Source of the DNA: a virus
Taxonomy: Duplodnaviria > Caudoviricetes
Strand: one strand, 5' to 3'
DNA length: 38,004 nucleotides
IMG/VR virus record: IMGVR_UViG_3300031451_000007
Coordinates: 1 to 38,004 of that record
The position numbers and the translations under genes are program-made. Positions within the stretch are counted from its first letter, which is position 1. Every line of letters starts with the position of its first letter. This document shows, piece after piece, positions 7,718 through 16,603 of this stretch. A model generated the notes under the pieces. That model ran no database searches and was not told where the DNA came from. It worked only from the letters and a program-made list of their open reading frames with translations.

Positions 7718-8113
7718 ATGACCACGCTTCGGGTGCTGCTGCCGATCCCGCCCAGCCTGAACCATCTCTATCGCAACGTGCCGGGGCGGGGGCGCGTGGT
7801 GACGGAGGATTATCGGATGTGGCGCGAGCTGGCGGGTTGGGCCGGTGCGCCGTGGCCGCGCCTCGCGGACGATCCCCGGAATCGGCTCGGCTGGGCGGTC
7901 GTGATCGAGGCGCGCGGGTTGGGCCACCATCGCGACCTCGATAATATCTGCAAGCCGGTACTCGATCTGATCGTGACGCACACCGGACTGCGGGACAACT
8001 ACTGCAATTCGGTCGAGCTGACGCGCGGCCCGCTCCTCTCGACCGAGACCGTGCCGTACCTGGCGGTGCGTGTGGGCATCGACGACACAGCGGCAGACAG
8101 CGAGGCGGCGTAG
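7718..8113 (+). CDS. rusA: RusA-family Holliday junction resolvase
   Basis: LPIPPSLNHLYRN N-terminus and catalytic RDLDNICKPVLD...D motif. Confidence 0.85.
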   Translation: MTTLRVLLPIPPSLNHLYRNVPGRGRVVTEDYRMWRELAGWAGAPWPRLADDPRNRLGWAVVIEARGLGHHRDLDNICKPVLDLIVTHTGLRDNYCNSVELTRGPLLSTETVPYLAVRVGIDDTAADSEAA

Positions 8114-8152
8114 CGCGGGCGGCGGTGGCCGACGCGGGGAGGTAAGGGGGCG

Positions 8153-8455
8153 ATGACACTGCTGGGTGATGCATTGGGGCTGGTCCGCGATGAGCGGCAC
8201 AAGCAGGACGAGAAGTGGGGACCGCAACGGCATGGCCTCCCGGTCTGGCTCACGGTGCTCACCGAGGAATGTGGCGAGGTGAGCGAGCGGATACTCGCGC
8301 TGCGCAGCGAGACAGACCCGGAGAAACGCGCCGCCATTGCCTGGCAACTCCGACAGGAGGCGACACAGGTCGCGGCGGTCGCCGTGGCGCTGCTCGAACA
8401 CATCATGGAGGAAGCGTGCCAGGACGAACCGTTCCCGAACGAGGTCTGGCAGTAG
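8153..8455 (+). CDS. MazG-like NTP pyrophosphohydrolase
   Basis: ER-x-KQDEKWG-x-Q...WLTVLTEECGEV...E-x2-QVAAVAVA. Confidence 0.8.
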   Translation: MTLLGDALGLVRDERHKQDEKWGPQRHGLPVWLTVLTEECGEVSERILALRSETDPEKRAAIAWQLRQEATQVAAVAVALLEHIMEEACQDEPFPNEVWQ

Positions 8456-8472
8456 AGCGAGGAGGCCAACCG

Positions 8473-8655
8473 ATGAGCACGACACCCCAAGGCGTGACCG
8501 AAACGATAGAGAGTCTACGCGACGATCGAGATTTCTGGAGGGGTGAGGCAGAGGGCTACAAGCGGATCATCGCCATGATGAAGGATAACCAGATCAAAGA
8601 CATGCAGGAATGGCGCGAGGTCATCAAGCTGCTGGCAGGAGGCAAGGGGCGATGA
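8473..8655 (+). CDS. Small coiled-coil hypothetical protein
   Basis: AGGAGG RBS; 60 aa. Confidence 0.65.
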   Translation: MSTTPQGVTETIESLRDDRDFWRGEAEGYKRIIAMMKDNQIKDMQEWREVIKLLAGGKGR

Positions 8656-9032
8656 GCACGACCGCACACGGCAGCGCGGACGGGCAGGGGGCGGGCGAGG
8701 AGGTGGGTATGCGTGTGACCAATGAGCAGGAGTATTGCTATCAGGCACAATGCCGTGGGTGTAAGCGTCGGGCCACGCTACGCGAGCCGGTGGTGTTCGT
8801 CTGCGGCGCTTGCCACGGAGAGCTTGTCCCGTTGCTCACGCCCGAGCAACTGATCTGGGCGTACCCCGCGCCCGACCGTGACCCGCTCGGCGATCCGCTG
8901 ACCGCCTTGCGCGACGCCGCCCTGCGTGTCCACCACGAGTGGGCGACCGAGCGCACCGCCTACGGACTGGAAGATGCCATGATCCTGATGCGGCAGGTAT
9001 TGCAAGCCATCGGCAAGGAGGCCAACCGATGA
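8652..9032 (+). CDS. Hypothetical zinc-ribbon protein (alternative start 8709)
   Basis: CRGC...CGAC; ATGA coupling. Confidence 0.6.
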   Translation: MSTTAHGSADGQGAGEEVGMRVTNEQEYCYQAQCRGCKRRATLREPVVFVCGACHGELVPLLTPEQLIWAYPAPDRDPLGDPLTALRDAALRVHHEWATERTAYGLEDAMILMRQVLQAIGKEANR

Positions 9033-9214
9033 TCGTGGGGGAGTGGCTTGTCGCCGCTATCGCTGTGCTGATCTGGCTCGCTGTGCTGCTCTTCGCCGCG
9101 CTGTACTGGCATGAGCGACGCTTTTTGGTACGGGTGCTGGCCCAGATGCAAGCGATCAACGACGAGTGGCACGCCTTGCAGCGTGCCGAGTGGGATGCGC
9201 GGCAGGGGGAGTGA
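9029..9214 (+). CDS. Small membrane protein
   Basis: AGGAGG RBS; N-terminal hydrophobic helix. Confidence 0.6.
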   Translation: MIVGEWLVAAIAVLIWLAVLLFAALYWHERRFLVRVLAQMQAINDEWHALQRAEWDARQGE

Positions 9215-9218
9215 GGCG

Positions 9219-9431
9219 ATGGACGACAGACGGCGGGACGAGACCGGGCAGGCCCGACCGTGGACGTGCACATACTGCGGGGCGACCGTTGGCATGCTCG
9301 CGTTCGCGCGCGGCAAGCCGCCCGAACTGCTCCCGCGCATGCCGGTCATCGCCATCCGGGGCGGCGTGATTTGGTTTCGGTGTTTGTCGTGCGAATCCCC
9401 TGTCCAGTGGCGCATCCCGCACGCCGCTTGA
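9219..9431 (+). CDS. Zinc-ribbon protein (Com-like layout)
   Basis: WTCTYCG...FRCLSCE; last gene before the late promoter. Confidence 0.55.
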   Translation: MDDRRRDETGQARPWTCTYCGATVGMLAFARGKPPELLPRMPVIAIRGGVIWFRCLSCESPVQWRIPHAA

Positions 9432-9456
9432 CGGCGTGTCCGTGCGGCGCTATGCT
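9428..9456 (+). promoter_or_regulatory. Putative promoter of the packaging module
   Basis: TTGACG-17 nt-TATGCT. Confidence 0.6.
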
Positions 9457-9487
9457 TGACGATAATACAGACCACGGGCGAGCGTTT

Positions 9488-9536
9488 GGCCGCCGATCGA
9501 TCTCCGCAAGGGGGTTGTCGGCGGTCTCTGTGTTTT
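9488..9536 (+). terminator. Leader hairpin / attenuator-like element
   Basis: GGCCGCCGA...GCAA loop...TCGGCGGTC, followed by TCTGTGTTTT. Confidence 0.45.
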
Positions 9537-9553
9537 ACGGGGGAGCAACTTGT

Positions 9554-9730
9554 ATGAGTGACGAGTACGCGCCGATTCCGATCGCGACCGTTCGTGAGTC
9601 GATCGAGCGGGCGCTAGAGCAGACGCGCGAGCTTGCTAAGGCGGTCGGGCGTGGTGAGGGCGGGCGCGAGGTTTCGCTCACCATCACGAAGCTCGAAGAG
9701 GCACAACTCTGGCTGAGCAAGGTCCGCTAG
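9554..9730 (+). CDS. Acb2/Tad1-like small helical-hairpin protein (putative nucleotide-signal sponge)
   Basis: 58 aa with REVSLTITKLEEAQLWL, the RE-x-SL-x2-TKLEEA-x2-W motif of the Acb2/Tad1 superfamily; GGGAG RBS. Confidence 0.65.
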   Translation: MSDEYAPIPIATVRESIERALEQTRELAKAVGRGEGGREVSLTITKLEEAQLWLSKVR

Positions 9731-9734
9731 CGCC

Positions 9735-9962
9735 ATGCAGCGGCCCTACACCATCGCCGCCTTCGCCGAGCGGGCCGGGTCTGGCGAGCACACCCCGCCG
9801 CCCTACCAGGATCCGACGTGCGCCCGTTGCGGCGGTGCCCTCCCGGAACCGGGCCGGATCTATTGCGGGCGTCCCCGCTGTCAGGCGCGGCGGGCGACCA
9901 CGGACACCCGGGCGGCGCGGCGCGGCGAGACGGAGCCGGGTATCGCGCGGTACTCGCACTGA
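9735..9962 (+). CDS. Small zinc-finger hypothetical protein
   Basis: CARCG...YCG-x2-RC. Confidence 0.5.
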   Translation: MQRPYTIAAFAERAGSGEHTPPPYQDPTCARCGGALPEPGRIYCGRPRCQARRATTDTRAARRGETEPGIARYSH

Positions 9963-9974
9963 GGGTGTAGGGGC

Positions 9975-10403
9975 ATGGCACGACCACCGAAGTACAGCCC
10001 GGAGCGCGCCGAACTGATCTTCCGGGCGATCAGGCAGGGCAACACGCTCACCAACGCGGCGAAGATCGGCGATATCGCCTACGAAACCCTCAAAGATTGG
10101 CGCGGTCGTTACCACGAGTTTTCTTCCGGTGTAGAAAAGGCCGAGGCCGAGGCCGAGTCGCTGCATGTCAACGCGATCGTCTCGGCTGGGGTGAATGGCA
10201 ACTGGCAGGCGTCCGCATGGTGGCTCGAACGGCGGCGCACCGGGGACTGGCGGAAGCCGATCGAGCGGATCAGCATCGAGGAAGGCGCTATTGAAGCCGC
10301 CGCCGATCGCCTCGCGAGCAAGACCGGGCGGGACCGCGCGCTGGTCCTCGCCGATCTCAAGGAGCGCACGGCGGCGATCGAGCGCGAGCGGAAGGCGGGG
10401 TGA
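9975..10403 (+). CDS. terS: Terminase small subunit
   Basis: MARPPKY HTH start and WQASAWWLERR motif; immediately upstream of terL. Confidence 0.85.
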   Translation: MARPPKYSPERAELIFRAIRQGNTLTNAAKIGDIAYETLKDWRGRYHEFSSGVEKAEAEAESLHVNAIVSAGVNGNWQASAWWLERRRTGDWRKPIERISIEEGAIEAAADRLASKTGRDRALVLADLKERTAAIERERKAG

Positions 10404-11947
10404 TGGCGCTGCCCGCCTACCTGGAAGCCGAGATCGAACTGGAGGCGCGGTACGGGGCGCTCGCCCTGGTGCCGGATGCGCCCGTGGTCGCGTGGTCGCC
10501 GCAAGCGGGGCCACAGACCAGCGCGCTCGATTGCCTCGCGGACGAACTCTATTACGGCGGCGCGGCGGGCGGCGGGAAAACGTTCCTCTTGCTCGGCCTT
10601 GCCATGACGCGGCATCGCAAGTCGATCATCTTCCGCCGCGAGTTCACCCAACTCCAGGACATCATCGAGCAGGCGCGCGACCTCGCCGACGAACACGGGC
10701 GCTATAACGGCGCGACCCATATCCTACGCCTTGACGACGATCGCGTGCTCGAATTCGGCGCGGTGCAACTCGTGCGCGATGTCCGCAAATATCGTGGCCG
10801 CGCCCACGACGCCAAACTTTTCGATGAGCTCCCCGAGTTCACCGAGTACCAGTACCGCTTCCTGAACGGCTGGAAGCGCACCGTGCGCGCGGGCCAGCGC
10901 ACGCGCACCGTCGCGGCGGGCAACCCGCCGACCAGCCACGAGGGCGAGTGGGTGATCCGGCACTGGGCACCCTGGCTCGATCGCCAGCATCCTCGCCCTG
11001 CGCTCCCCGGCGAACTGCGCTGGTTCGCGATGATCGATGGCGAGGAAGAGGAGCGCGAGGACGGCACGTCGTTCGTGTGGCAGGGCGAGACGCTCACGCC
11101 CACGTCGCGCACCTTCATCCCCGCGCAACTCAGCGACAACCCGCTCCTCATGGCGACCGGCTACGCCACGACGCTCCAAGGGCTCCCGGAGCCGCTGCGT
11201 TCCCAGCTCTTGCGCGGCGACTTCTCCGTTGGACTGGAGGACGATCCCTATCAGACGATCCCGACCGCCTGGGTGCTGGCCGCGCAGCAACGCTGGCGCG
11301 AGACACGCCGCCCTACCATCAGCGACCAGCGCGGCGATACGGTCCCGCTGTCGCTCACAGCGGTCGGGGTGGACCCGGCGCGCGGCGGCGACGATAAGAC
11401 CTGTCTCGCGCGGCGGTACGGCAACTGGTGCGCGCCGATCGAGACGCATCCGGGGAAGGCGACGCCGGACGGGCAGGCGGTGGCGCAACTGACGATCGCG
11501 GCACTGCTGGAAGGGGGGCACGCCAACATCGACGTGATCGGCATCGGCGCGTCGGTCTACGATCTGAGCAAGCAGCAGGGCGCGGCGGTGCAGGCGATCA
11601 ACTTCGCCAATGCGGCACCGGGGATGGATCGCACCGGCAAGCTGTCGTTCGTCAACCTGCGGGCCTACGCCTATTGGTGGCTGCGCGAGGCGCTCGATCC
11701 GGTGAATGGCGACCATCTGGCGCTGCCGCCCGATCCCGAGTTATTGGCCGATCTCTGCGCGCCGAAATGGCTGATCCGCTCGCGCGGCATCCAGATCGAG
11801 AGCAAGGACGACATCAAGGCGCGGTTGGGGCGCTCGCCGGACAAGGGCGACGCGCTGGTGATGGCGTTCGTCCCGCCGCCCGTGCCCGAGCCCTCGCGCG
11901 TCCTGCGTCCTGCCGGGCGACGCCTGATCCCCAAGGGAGGCTATTAG
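10400..11947 (+). CDS. terL: Terminase large subunit
   Basis: Walker A YGGAAGGGKT, Walker B LFDE, GNP coupling motif, and RNase H-like GVDPARGGDD...SPDKGDAL. Confidence 0.95.
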   Translation: MMALPAYLEAEIELEARYGALALVPDAPVVAWSPQAGPQTSALDCLADELYYGGAAGGGKTFLLLGLAMTRHRKSIIFRREFTQLQDIIEQARDLADEHGRYNGATHILRLDDDRVLEFGAVQLVRDVRKYRGRAHDAKLFDELPEFTEYQYRFLNGWKRTVRAGQRTRTVAAGNPPTSHEGEWVIRHWAPWLDRQHPRPALPGELRWFAMIDGEEEEREDGTSFVWQGETLTPTSRTFIPAQLSDNPLLMATGYATTLQGLPEPLRSQLLRGDFSVGLEDDPYQTIPTAWVLAAQQRWRETRRPTISDQRGDTVPLSLTAVGVDPARGGDDKTCLARRYGNWCAPIETHPGKATPDGQAVAQLTIAALLEGGHANIDVIGIGASVYDLSKQQGAAVQAINFANAAPGMDRTGKLSFVNLRAYAYWWLREALDPVNGDHLALPPDPELLADLCAPKWLIRSRGIQIESKDDIKARLGRSPDKGDALVMAFVPPPVPEPSRVLRPAGRRLIPKGGY

Positions 11948-13405
11948 TTGAGCGCACCATCGTCGATGCTCCCCCTCGCCGCGCAGGATGCCGCGCTGGT
12001 CGCGGGCACGCCCTACGAGTCCACCGCGTTGCTGACCGGCGGACTCGCGCCCGACACGGCGCGCGACATCGCCTGGGCGGTGTCCGCGTTCGCCGCGCGG
12101 CGCGCGGAATACGCGCTGTATCGCGCCTACCTGGAGGGGCACCACCGCCTGACGTTCGCCACGCGCGGCTATCGCGAGGCATTCACCGCGCTCCTGGCCG
12201 GGTTGCGCTGTAACGTCTGTCAGCGCGTGGTCCACGCGCTGACCGATCGCCTCGCCGTCGTGGGTTTCACCGGGCAGGCGGGCGCGGACGGCTCGGCGAG
12301 CGCGGACGCCGCCGCCGCCTGGAACTTCTGGCAGGCAGGGCGGTTCGATCGCATCTCGAATCAGATCCACAGCGAGGCGGTCGCGCTCGGCGACGCCTAC
12401 CTGCTGGTGTGGCCCGACGCCCTCTACCCCGACGCGGGCGGGCGAGTGCGCTGCTACCCCTATCGCGCGGACGAGATGGTGGTCGCCTACGACGCGGAGC
12501 GCCCCGACGTGATCGTGCGCGCCGCGCGCCTCTGGGCGGTCGGCAAGCGCTACCGGCTGAACCTCTTCTATCCCGACCGCATCGAGAAGTATGTCACGCG
12601 CGAGGACGCGCCCAACGGCGTCCCGGATCGCCCGACCGCCTGGACCCCCTACGCGCCCGACCCGCTGATCCGCAACCCTTACGAACAGGTGCCGGTCTTC
12701 CATTTCGCGTTCGACGCGGGGCTCGGGCAGGGCGGACGTGCGGAACTGCGGGACGTGATCCCGCTGCAAGACGCGCTCAACAAGACGCTCGCCGACCTGG
12801 TGATCGCGTCCGAGTTCGGGGCGTTCCGCCAGAAATACGCGCTCGGCGTCTCGCTCGATGACGATGACGAGCGCGCGATCGCGGTGGGGATCGATCGCTG
12901 GGTCACGGTGGCGAACGCGGATGCCAAAGTCGGCGAGTTCGCGGGGACCGATCTGGCGGTCTACACCAGCACGATCGAATTCTTCTTCCGCTGCGTCGCC
13001 CAGGTCAAGGGTGTACCGCTGCACTACCTGATGATGTCCGGCACCTTCCCGAGCGGTGAGGCATTGAAAACCGCCGAGGGGCCGCTGGTGGCGCGCGTGA
13101 CCGACACGCAGGTGGACCTCGGCGATGTCTGGGAGGACGCGATCGCCTTCGCCCTGCGCGTGACGAACACCGCCACAGACGCGCGAATCGAGGCGACCTG
13201 GCGCTCCGCCGAGAGCCGCGCCGAACTCGATCACGTCAACGCGGTCGCCATCAAGGTCCGGGACATCGGCGTCCCCGAGCAGATGGCGTTCCGCGAGTTG
13301 GGGTACTCCGAGGAGGAGGTCGCGGCCATGCTGACGCAGCGAAAGGCCGCGCGCCAGGCGGCGACGCAGGCCACGGCGCAGGCGTTCAACGCGGGGCAGC
13401 TGTGA
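11948..13405 (+). CDS. Portal protein (SPP1 gp6-like)
   Basis: Follows terL; NP-x3-VPV-x-HF, G-x-AEL-x-DVIPLQDALNK, SGEALK and LGYS motifs. Start uncertain (11948 TTG or 11967 ATG). Confidence 0.92.
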   Translation: MSAPSSMLPLAAQDAALVAGTPYESTALLTGGLAPDTARDIAWAVSAFAARRAEYALYRAYLEGHHRLTFATRGYREAFTALLAGLRCNVCQRVVHALTDRLAVVGFTGQAGADGSASADAAAAWNFWQAGRFDRISNQIHSEAVALGDAYLLVWPDALYPDAGGRVRCYPYRADEMVVAYDAERPDVIVRAARLWAVGKRYRLNLFYPDRIEKYVTREDAPNGVPDRPTAWTPYAPDPLIRNPYEQVPVFHFAFDAGLGQGGRAELRDVIPLQDALNKTLADLVIASEFGAFRQKYALGVSLDDDDERAIAVGIDRWVTVANADAKVGEFAGTDLAVYTSTIEFFFRCVAQVKGVPLHYLMMSGTFPSGEALKTAEGPLVARVTDTQVDLGDVWEDAIAFALRVTNTATDARIEATWRSAESRAELDHVNAVAIKVRDIGVPEQMAFRELGYSEEEVAAMLTQRKAARQAATQATAQAFNAGQL

Positions 13406-13551
13406 GATACGAGGACACTCTGCGCTATCGTCGCGAACAGGCGTATCGCGAACTGGCCGCCTCTGTCACCGAGGTCGAATCCGCGATGAACGCGTACTGG
13501 CTCACGCGCTGGCTCTACCGGATCGTGCGCGTGCTGTCATGGCGACCATGA
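13402..13551 (+). CDS. Small hypothetical protein (49 aa, not in the ORF track)
   Basis: GTGA overlap with the portal stop and ATGA overlap with the next gene; MRYEDTLRYRREQAYREL... Confidence 0.5.
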   Translation: MRYEDTLRYRREQAYRELAASVTEVESAMNAYWLTRWLYRIVRVLSWRP

Positions 13552-13859
13552 TCGGGGGGCAATTCGGCCCGTTGTGGACGCTCAACAGCGCCAATCCCTC
13601 CTACGCGACCCACGTCGAGACCGAGCCGGACGCGACGTTCACGATGCTGATGGGAAGTGAGGGCGCGATGGCAACAGCGACTATCGTGGTGCGCGTCTAC
13701 GAGCAGGACGCGGCGCGCCGCCACCTCCGCGCGGCGGTGTCGTGCGCCGATTGGGTGGCCGCGCTGGCGTTCCTGGCACGGTCGGTGGTCGAGGGTGGCA
13801 CGCGCTACTACGAGATCGAGGAGCGCGCGGACGCACCGGGCGACGGGAGCGGGGAGTGA
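13548..13859 (+). CDS. Hypothetical protein
   Basis: Coupled ORF with phage-like codon usage. Confidence 0.55.
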   Translation: MIGGQFGPLWTLNSANPSYATHVETEPDATFTMLMGSEGAMATATIVVRVYEQDAARRHLRAAVSCADWVAALAFLARSVVEGGTRYYEIEERADAPGDGSGE

Positions 13860-13880
13860 TCGAGCAGTCAGGGGGGCGAC

Positions 13881-14090
13881 ATGGCGACAGCGACGATCAC
13901 CGTGCGATTGACGGATGCCGATGAAGTCCAGGCCGTCGTCAACGCCGCCGCCACCGTACTCCAGGAGGCGAACGACAAAGGCAGCGTATCGCGCCAATCC
14001 ATGCCACTGGTGCAGTTGCATTGCGCCCTTGAATCGCTGTCAGCCCGCCTGAATAGATTGCAGATCGAAGCGCGACATGAGGGGGAGTGA
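13881..14090 (+). CDS. Hypothetical protein
   Basis: G-rich RBS; 69 aa. Confidence 0.55.
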   Translation: MATATITVRLTDADEVQAVVNAAATVLQEANDKGSVSRQSMPLVQLHCALESLSARLNRLQIEARHEGE

Positions 14091-14096
14091 GGGGCG

Positions 14097-14366
14097 ATGA
14101 AGATGCACCGAGACGTACCGGGCGGGGATCACTGCGATGTTTATCTGGACGGCGTGAAGATCTTCACCTGTCACGAAGCCGACGACAGCGAGGGATGGGC
14201 GCGTTGCCACATGCTCGATTCGCGGGGGCGCATAATCACCGATCCCGAGAGCGACGACGGTATGCGATTCGAGATCAGACGCGGCGCGGTGTCGTTCGCC
14301 TTCATCCCACCCGAAGAGCGCCAGAAGGCGGAGCGGTATTGGTCCAAACAAGCGGGCGGGGGATAA
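14097..14366 (+). CDS. Hypothetical protein
   Basis: GAGGGG RBS; VYLDGV...EADDSEGW. Confidence 0.65.
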   Translation: MKMHRDVPGGDHCDVYLDGVKIFTCHEADDSEGWARCHMLDSRGRIITDPESDDGMRFEIRRGAVSFAFIPPEERQKAERYWSKQAGGG

Positions 14367-14369
14367 GGG

Positions 14370-14570
14370 GTGAGGGGTGATGTGGTGGCGGTGGCACTCA
14401 TACGGGCGTGGCAATGCGTCTTTGGTTGCTCTCGCGGTAAGCACGATTGGGGCACACTGGCGATCATCCCCGGTGATCGCCAGGGCGACCGCTGTTATTG
14501 GGTGAACCGCTGCTACGGTTGTCGGCGGGTGCGGATTCTGACCCCACGACGTATGGTAATCGAGCGATGA
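14370..14570 (+). CDS. Small Cys/His-rich hypothetical protein
   Basis: C-x3-KHDW...C-x2-C; ATGA overlap downstream. Confidence 0.5.
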   Translation: MRGDVVAVALIRAWQCVFGCSRGKHDWGTLAIIPGDRQGDRCYWVNRCYGCRRVRILTPRRMVIER

Positions 14571-15097
14571 CCACGCTCGCCGCCCTGACCGCGCAGCAAC
14601 GCGCCGAACGCGCCCGCCTGGAGGCGGATGCCGTAGCGCGCCTCGTCACGGCATACGGGCAGGCGTGGGCCGCGATCGACCGCAACCTCGCCGCGCTCAC
14701 GGACGCCATCGAGGCGGCGCAGGCCAGGGGCGAGACGGTCAACGCGGCGTGGCTGGCGCGACAATCTCGCTACCGGGCGCTCATGGATCAGGTCGAGACG
14801 CAGATCAACGGGCTGGCGCAGCAGGCGGGGCCGCTCGTCCGCGCACAGCAGGCGGCGGCGATCGGCGCTGCGGCGAATCACGCGGAGGCGCTGGCCCGCG
14901 CGGCGCTCGGCCCGCCCCCGCCCGGTGTGTCTGTCGTGTGGAACCGGGTGCCGGTCGAGGCGACGCGGGAACTGATCGGCGCGCTCGGCGACGGGCGGCC
15001 ATTGGGGGAGATCCTGGCGGCGTTCGGCCCCGAGGCGCGCGAAATCGCGGCGGCGCTGATCGCGGCGGCGGATGCGGCGGAGAGGGGGCCGGGGTGA
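14567..15097 (+). CDS. Minor head (MuF/gp7-type) protein, N-terminal part only, apparently truncated
   Basis: Lies between portal and scaffold; Ala-rich helical N-terminus and WNRVP-x-EA...G-x3-DG-x-PL...GP motif; no C-terminal Cys/His MuF domain. Confidence 0.5.
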   Translation: MTTLAALTAQQRAERARLEADAVARLVTAYGQAWAAIDRNLAALTDAIEAAQARGETVNAAWLARQSRYRALMDQVETQINGLAQQAGPLVRAQQAAAIGAAANHAEALARAALGPPPPGVSVVWNRVPVEATRELIGALGDGRPLGEILAAFGPEAREIAAALIAAADAAERGPG

Positions 15098-15324
15098 GTG
15101 GTTATTACAGCGGCGGGACGCGCAAGATCGCGGAAGGCGAAGATCTGATCGCGATAGCGTTTGCCGAGTCGGAAAGGGAGAAGGTTGCACCGACTGATCG
15201 GGAAGGCCCATCGGTCGGTAAGGCGGGCGAGCGGGGAACGCCGACGACCGGGGGCTATGGCGTGCGCCCTGTTGCGCCTGTGAAGCCGTTCCCGCCCCCA
15301 CCAACGCCGAGGAGGAAGCGGTGA
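15094..15324 (+). CDS. Hypothetical protein
   Basis: GTGA-coupled at both ends. Confidence 0.45.
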   Translation: MSGYYSGGTRKIAEGEDLIAIAFAESEREKVAPTDREGPSVGKAGERGTPTTGGYGVRPVAPVKPFPPPPTPRRKR

Positions 15325-15653
15325 AGCTACCGGAGCGCGTGCGAATCGGCCCGTATGACTACGCGGTGCAACTCGAAGACAAGGTGCTCGGGGATCAGAA
15401 TCAAGACCTGTACGGGCGTATCCGTTACGGCCCGCAGCAGATCAACCTCGAACGTGGGCTATCCGCCGAACGAACCTTAGCCGTCTTCCTCCATGAGGTC
15501 TTGCATGGTGTCGATGAATACATGAGCATCGGCCTGACCGAGAAACAGGTGACGCGCCTGGGCGTGGGGCTGGCGACGTTCCTGCGCGACAACGACCTGT
15601 TGCGCGAGGATAAGCCCCCCGCGCCCGCCGAGGCGAGTCAGGGGGCGGCGTAG
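15321..15653 (+). CDS. HExxH zinc metallopeptidase-like phage protein
   Basis: LYGRI...INL...FLHEVLHG...E-x2-V; GAGGAGG RBS. Confidence 0.75.
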   Translation: MKLPERVRIGPYDYAVQLEDKVLGDQNQDLYGRIRYGPQQINLERGLSAERTLAVFLHEVLHGVDEYMSIGLTEKQVTRLGVGLATFLRDNDLLREDKPPAPAEASQGAA

Positions 15654-15654
15654 G

Positions 15655-15876
15655 ATGCCACCAGAGGAGCGCAGCGTGCCGCTGAGCCTGCTGATCGCCG
15701 ATGCCTGCGAGACGGACTATCTCCGCGCCATGCAAGCGGCGATCGTCAGTGTGGATGCCGCGCAGACCCTGACGGCTGTGGCGCTCGCGCTCGCCGCGCT
15801 GATCGGGGATGACGGCCTGACCGCGATCGTGGAGGAGCGGTGCGAGCTGCTGCAACGGCTTGACATACCGCGCTGA
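15655..15876 (+). CDS. Hypothetical protein
   Basis: Starts 1 nt after the upstream stop. Confidence 0.5.
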   Translation: MPPEERSVPLSLLIADACETDYLRAMQAAIVSVDAAQTLTAVALALAALIGDDGLTAIVEERCELLQRLDIPR

Positions 15877-15892
15877 GCAAGGAGTAGCCGCG

Positions 15893-16096
15893 ATGCCGGA
15901 GGCCACGCCGCACACCCTCGCCAGAGACGATCCGGCCCGCCTGTTCTGGGAACAGGTCCGGCAGGCGCGCTTGCAGGAAATCGCCGCGCTGAATCGCTTG
16001 CTCGGCTACGAGCCGACGCCGCCACGGAGACGGGGGAAGGGGACCGCGCGCGTGTGGCATAATGAGGAGCGAGAGGGGTATGAGGTCGCGTCTTGA
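15893..16096 (+). CDS. Hypothetical protein
   Basis: AAGGAG RBS; FWEQVRQARLQEIAALNRLLG. Confidence 0.6.
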   Translation: MPEATPHTLARDDPARLFWEQVRQARLQEIAALNRLLGYEPTPPRRRGKGTARVWHNEEREGYEVAS

Positions 16097-16126
16097 TGCG
16101 TATGTGCGCGGCACGGGAGAGGTGCG

Positions 16127-16384
16127 ATGGATACGCGCGACCCGACGATCTGGCGTGGGGCAAGTCTCGGCCCCCTTGTGCAGGCGTTACGCCCTATCTT
16201 TCCCGCTGCCCGCCCGGAGAACATGGCCAGTGAGCGCAATTGGCACATCCTGCACGCCGTCGTTGTTGACGGGTTGACCTATGCCGCTGCCGCTCGTGCC
16301 TACGGCGAGGGCATTACACAGGCGCGTGCTCACCAGATCGTCGCCAGGGAAGGGCGGAAATTGCTCGCCTCGCTGGTTGAGTAA
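16127..16384 (+). CDS. Sigma70 region-4-like HTH protein
   Basis: SERNWHIL...DGLTYAAAARAYG-x-GITQARAHQIV-x-R-x2-RKL. Confidence 0.65.
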   Translation: MDTRDPTIWRGASLGPLVQALRPIFPAARPENMASERNWHILHAVVVDGLTYAAAARAYGEGITQARAHQIVAREGRKLLASLVE

Positions 16385-16416
16385 CCTTGAAGCGTTGTTT
16401 GGTGCGGCTATCCCAC

Positions 16417-16446
16417 TTGACATAGCACGCTGTGTATAGCTAAACT
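16417..16446 (+). promoter_or_regulatory. Putative promoter of the capsid module
   Basis: TTGACA-18 nt-TAAACT in an AT-rich intergenic patch. Confidence 0.6.
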
Positions 16447-16486
16447 AACACCATAACCGCATAGGCACCGCGTCGTAGCGACGTAG

Positions 16487-16539
16487 CGCCCCGATTGTCC
16501 GCAGCACCGAGTGTGCCGCGCGACAACCGGGGCGTTTTT
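16487..16539 (+). terminator. Leader hairpin with U-tract
   Basis: CGCCCCGATTGTC...GACAACCGGGGCG followed by TTTTT. Confidence 0.6.
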
Positions 16540-16603
16540 GCATTTGCGGCTGCCAGCGGAACGCCCACGGGGAGCGGCGATCCCCGGTAGGAGGTCAGGC
16601 GCG

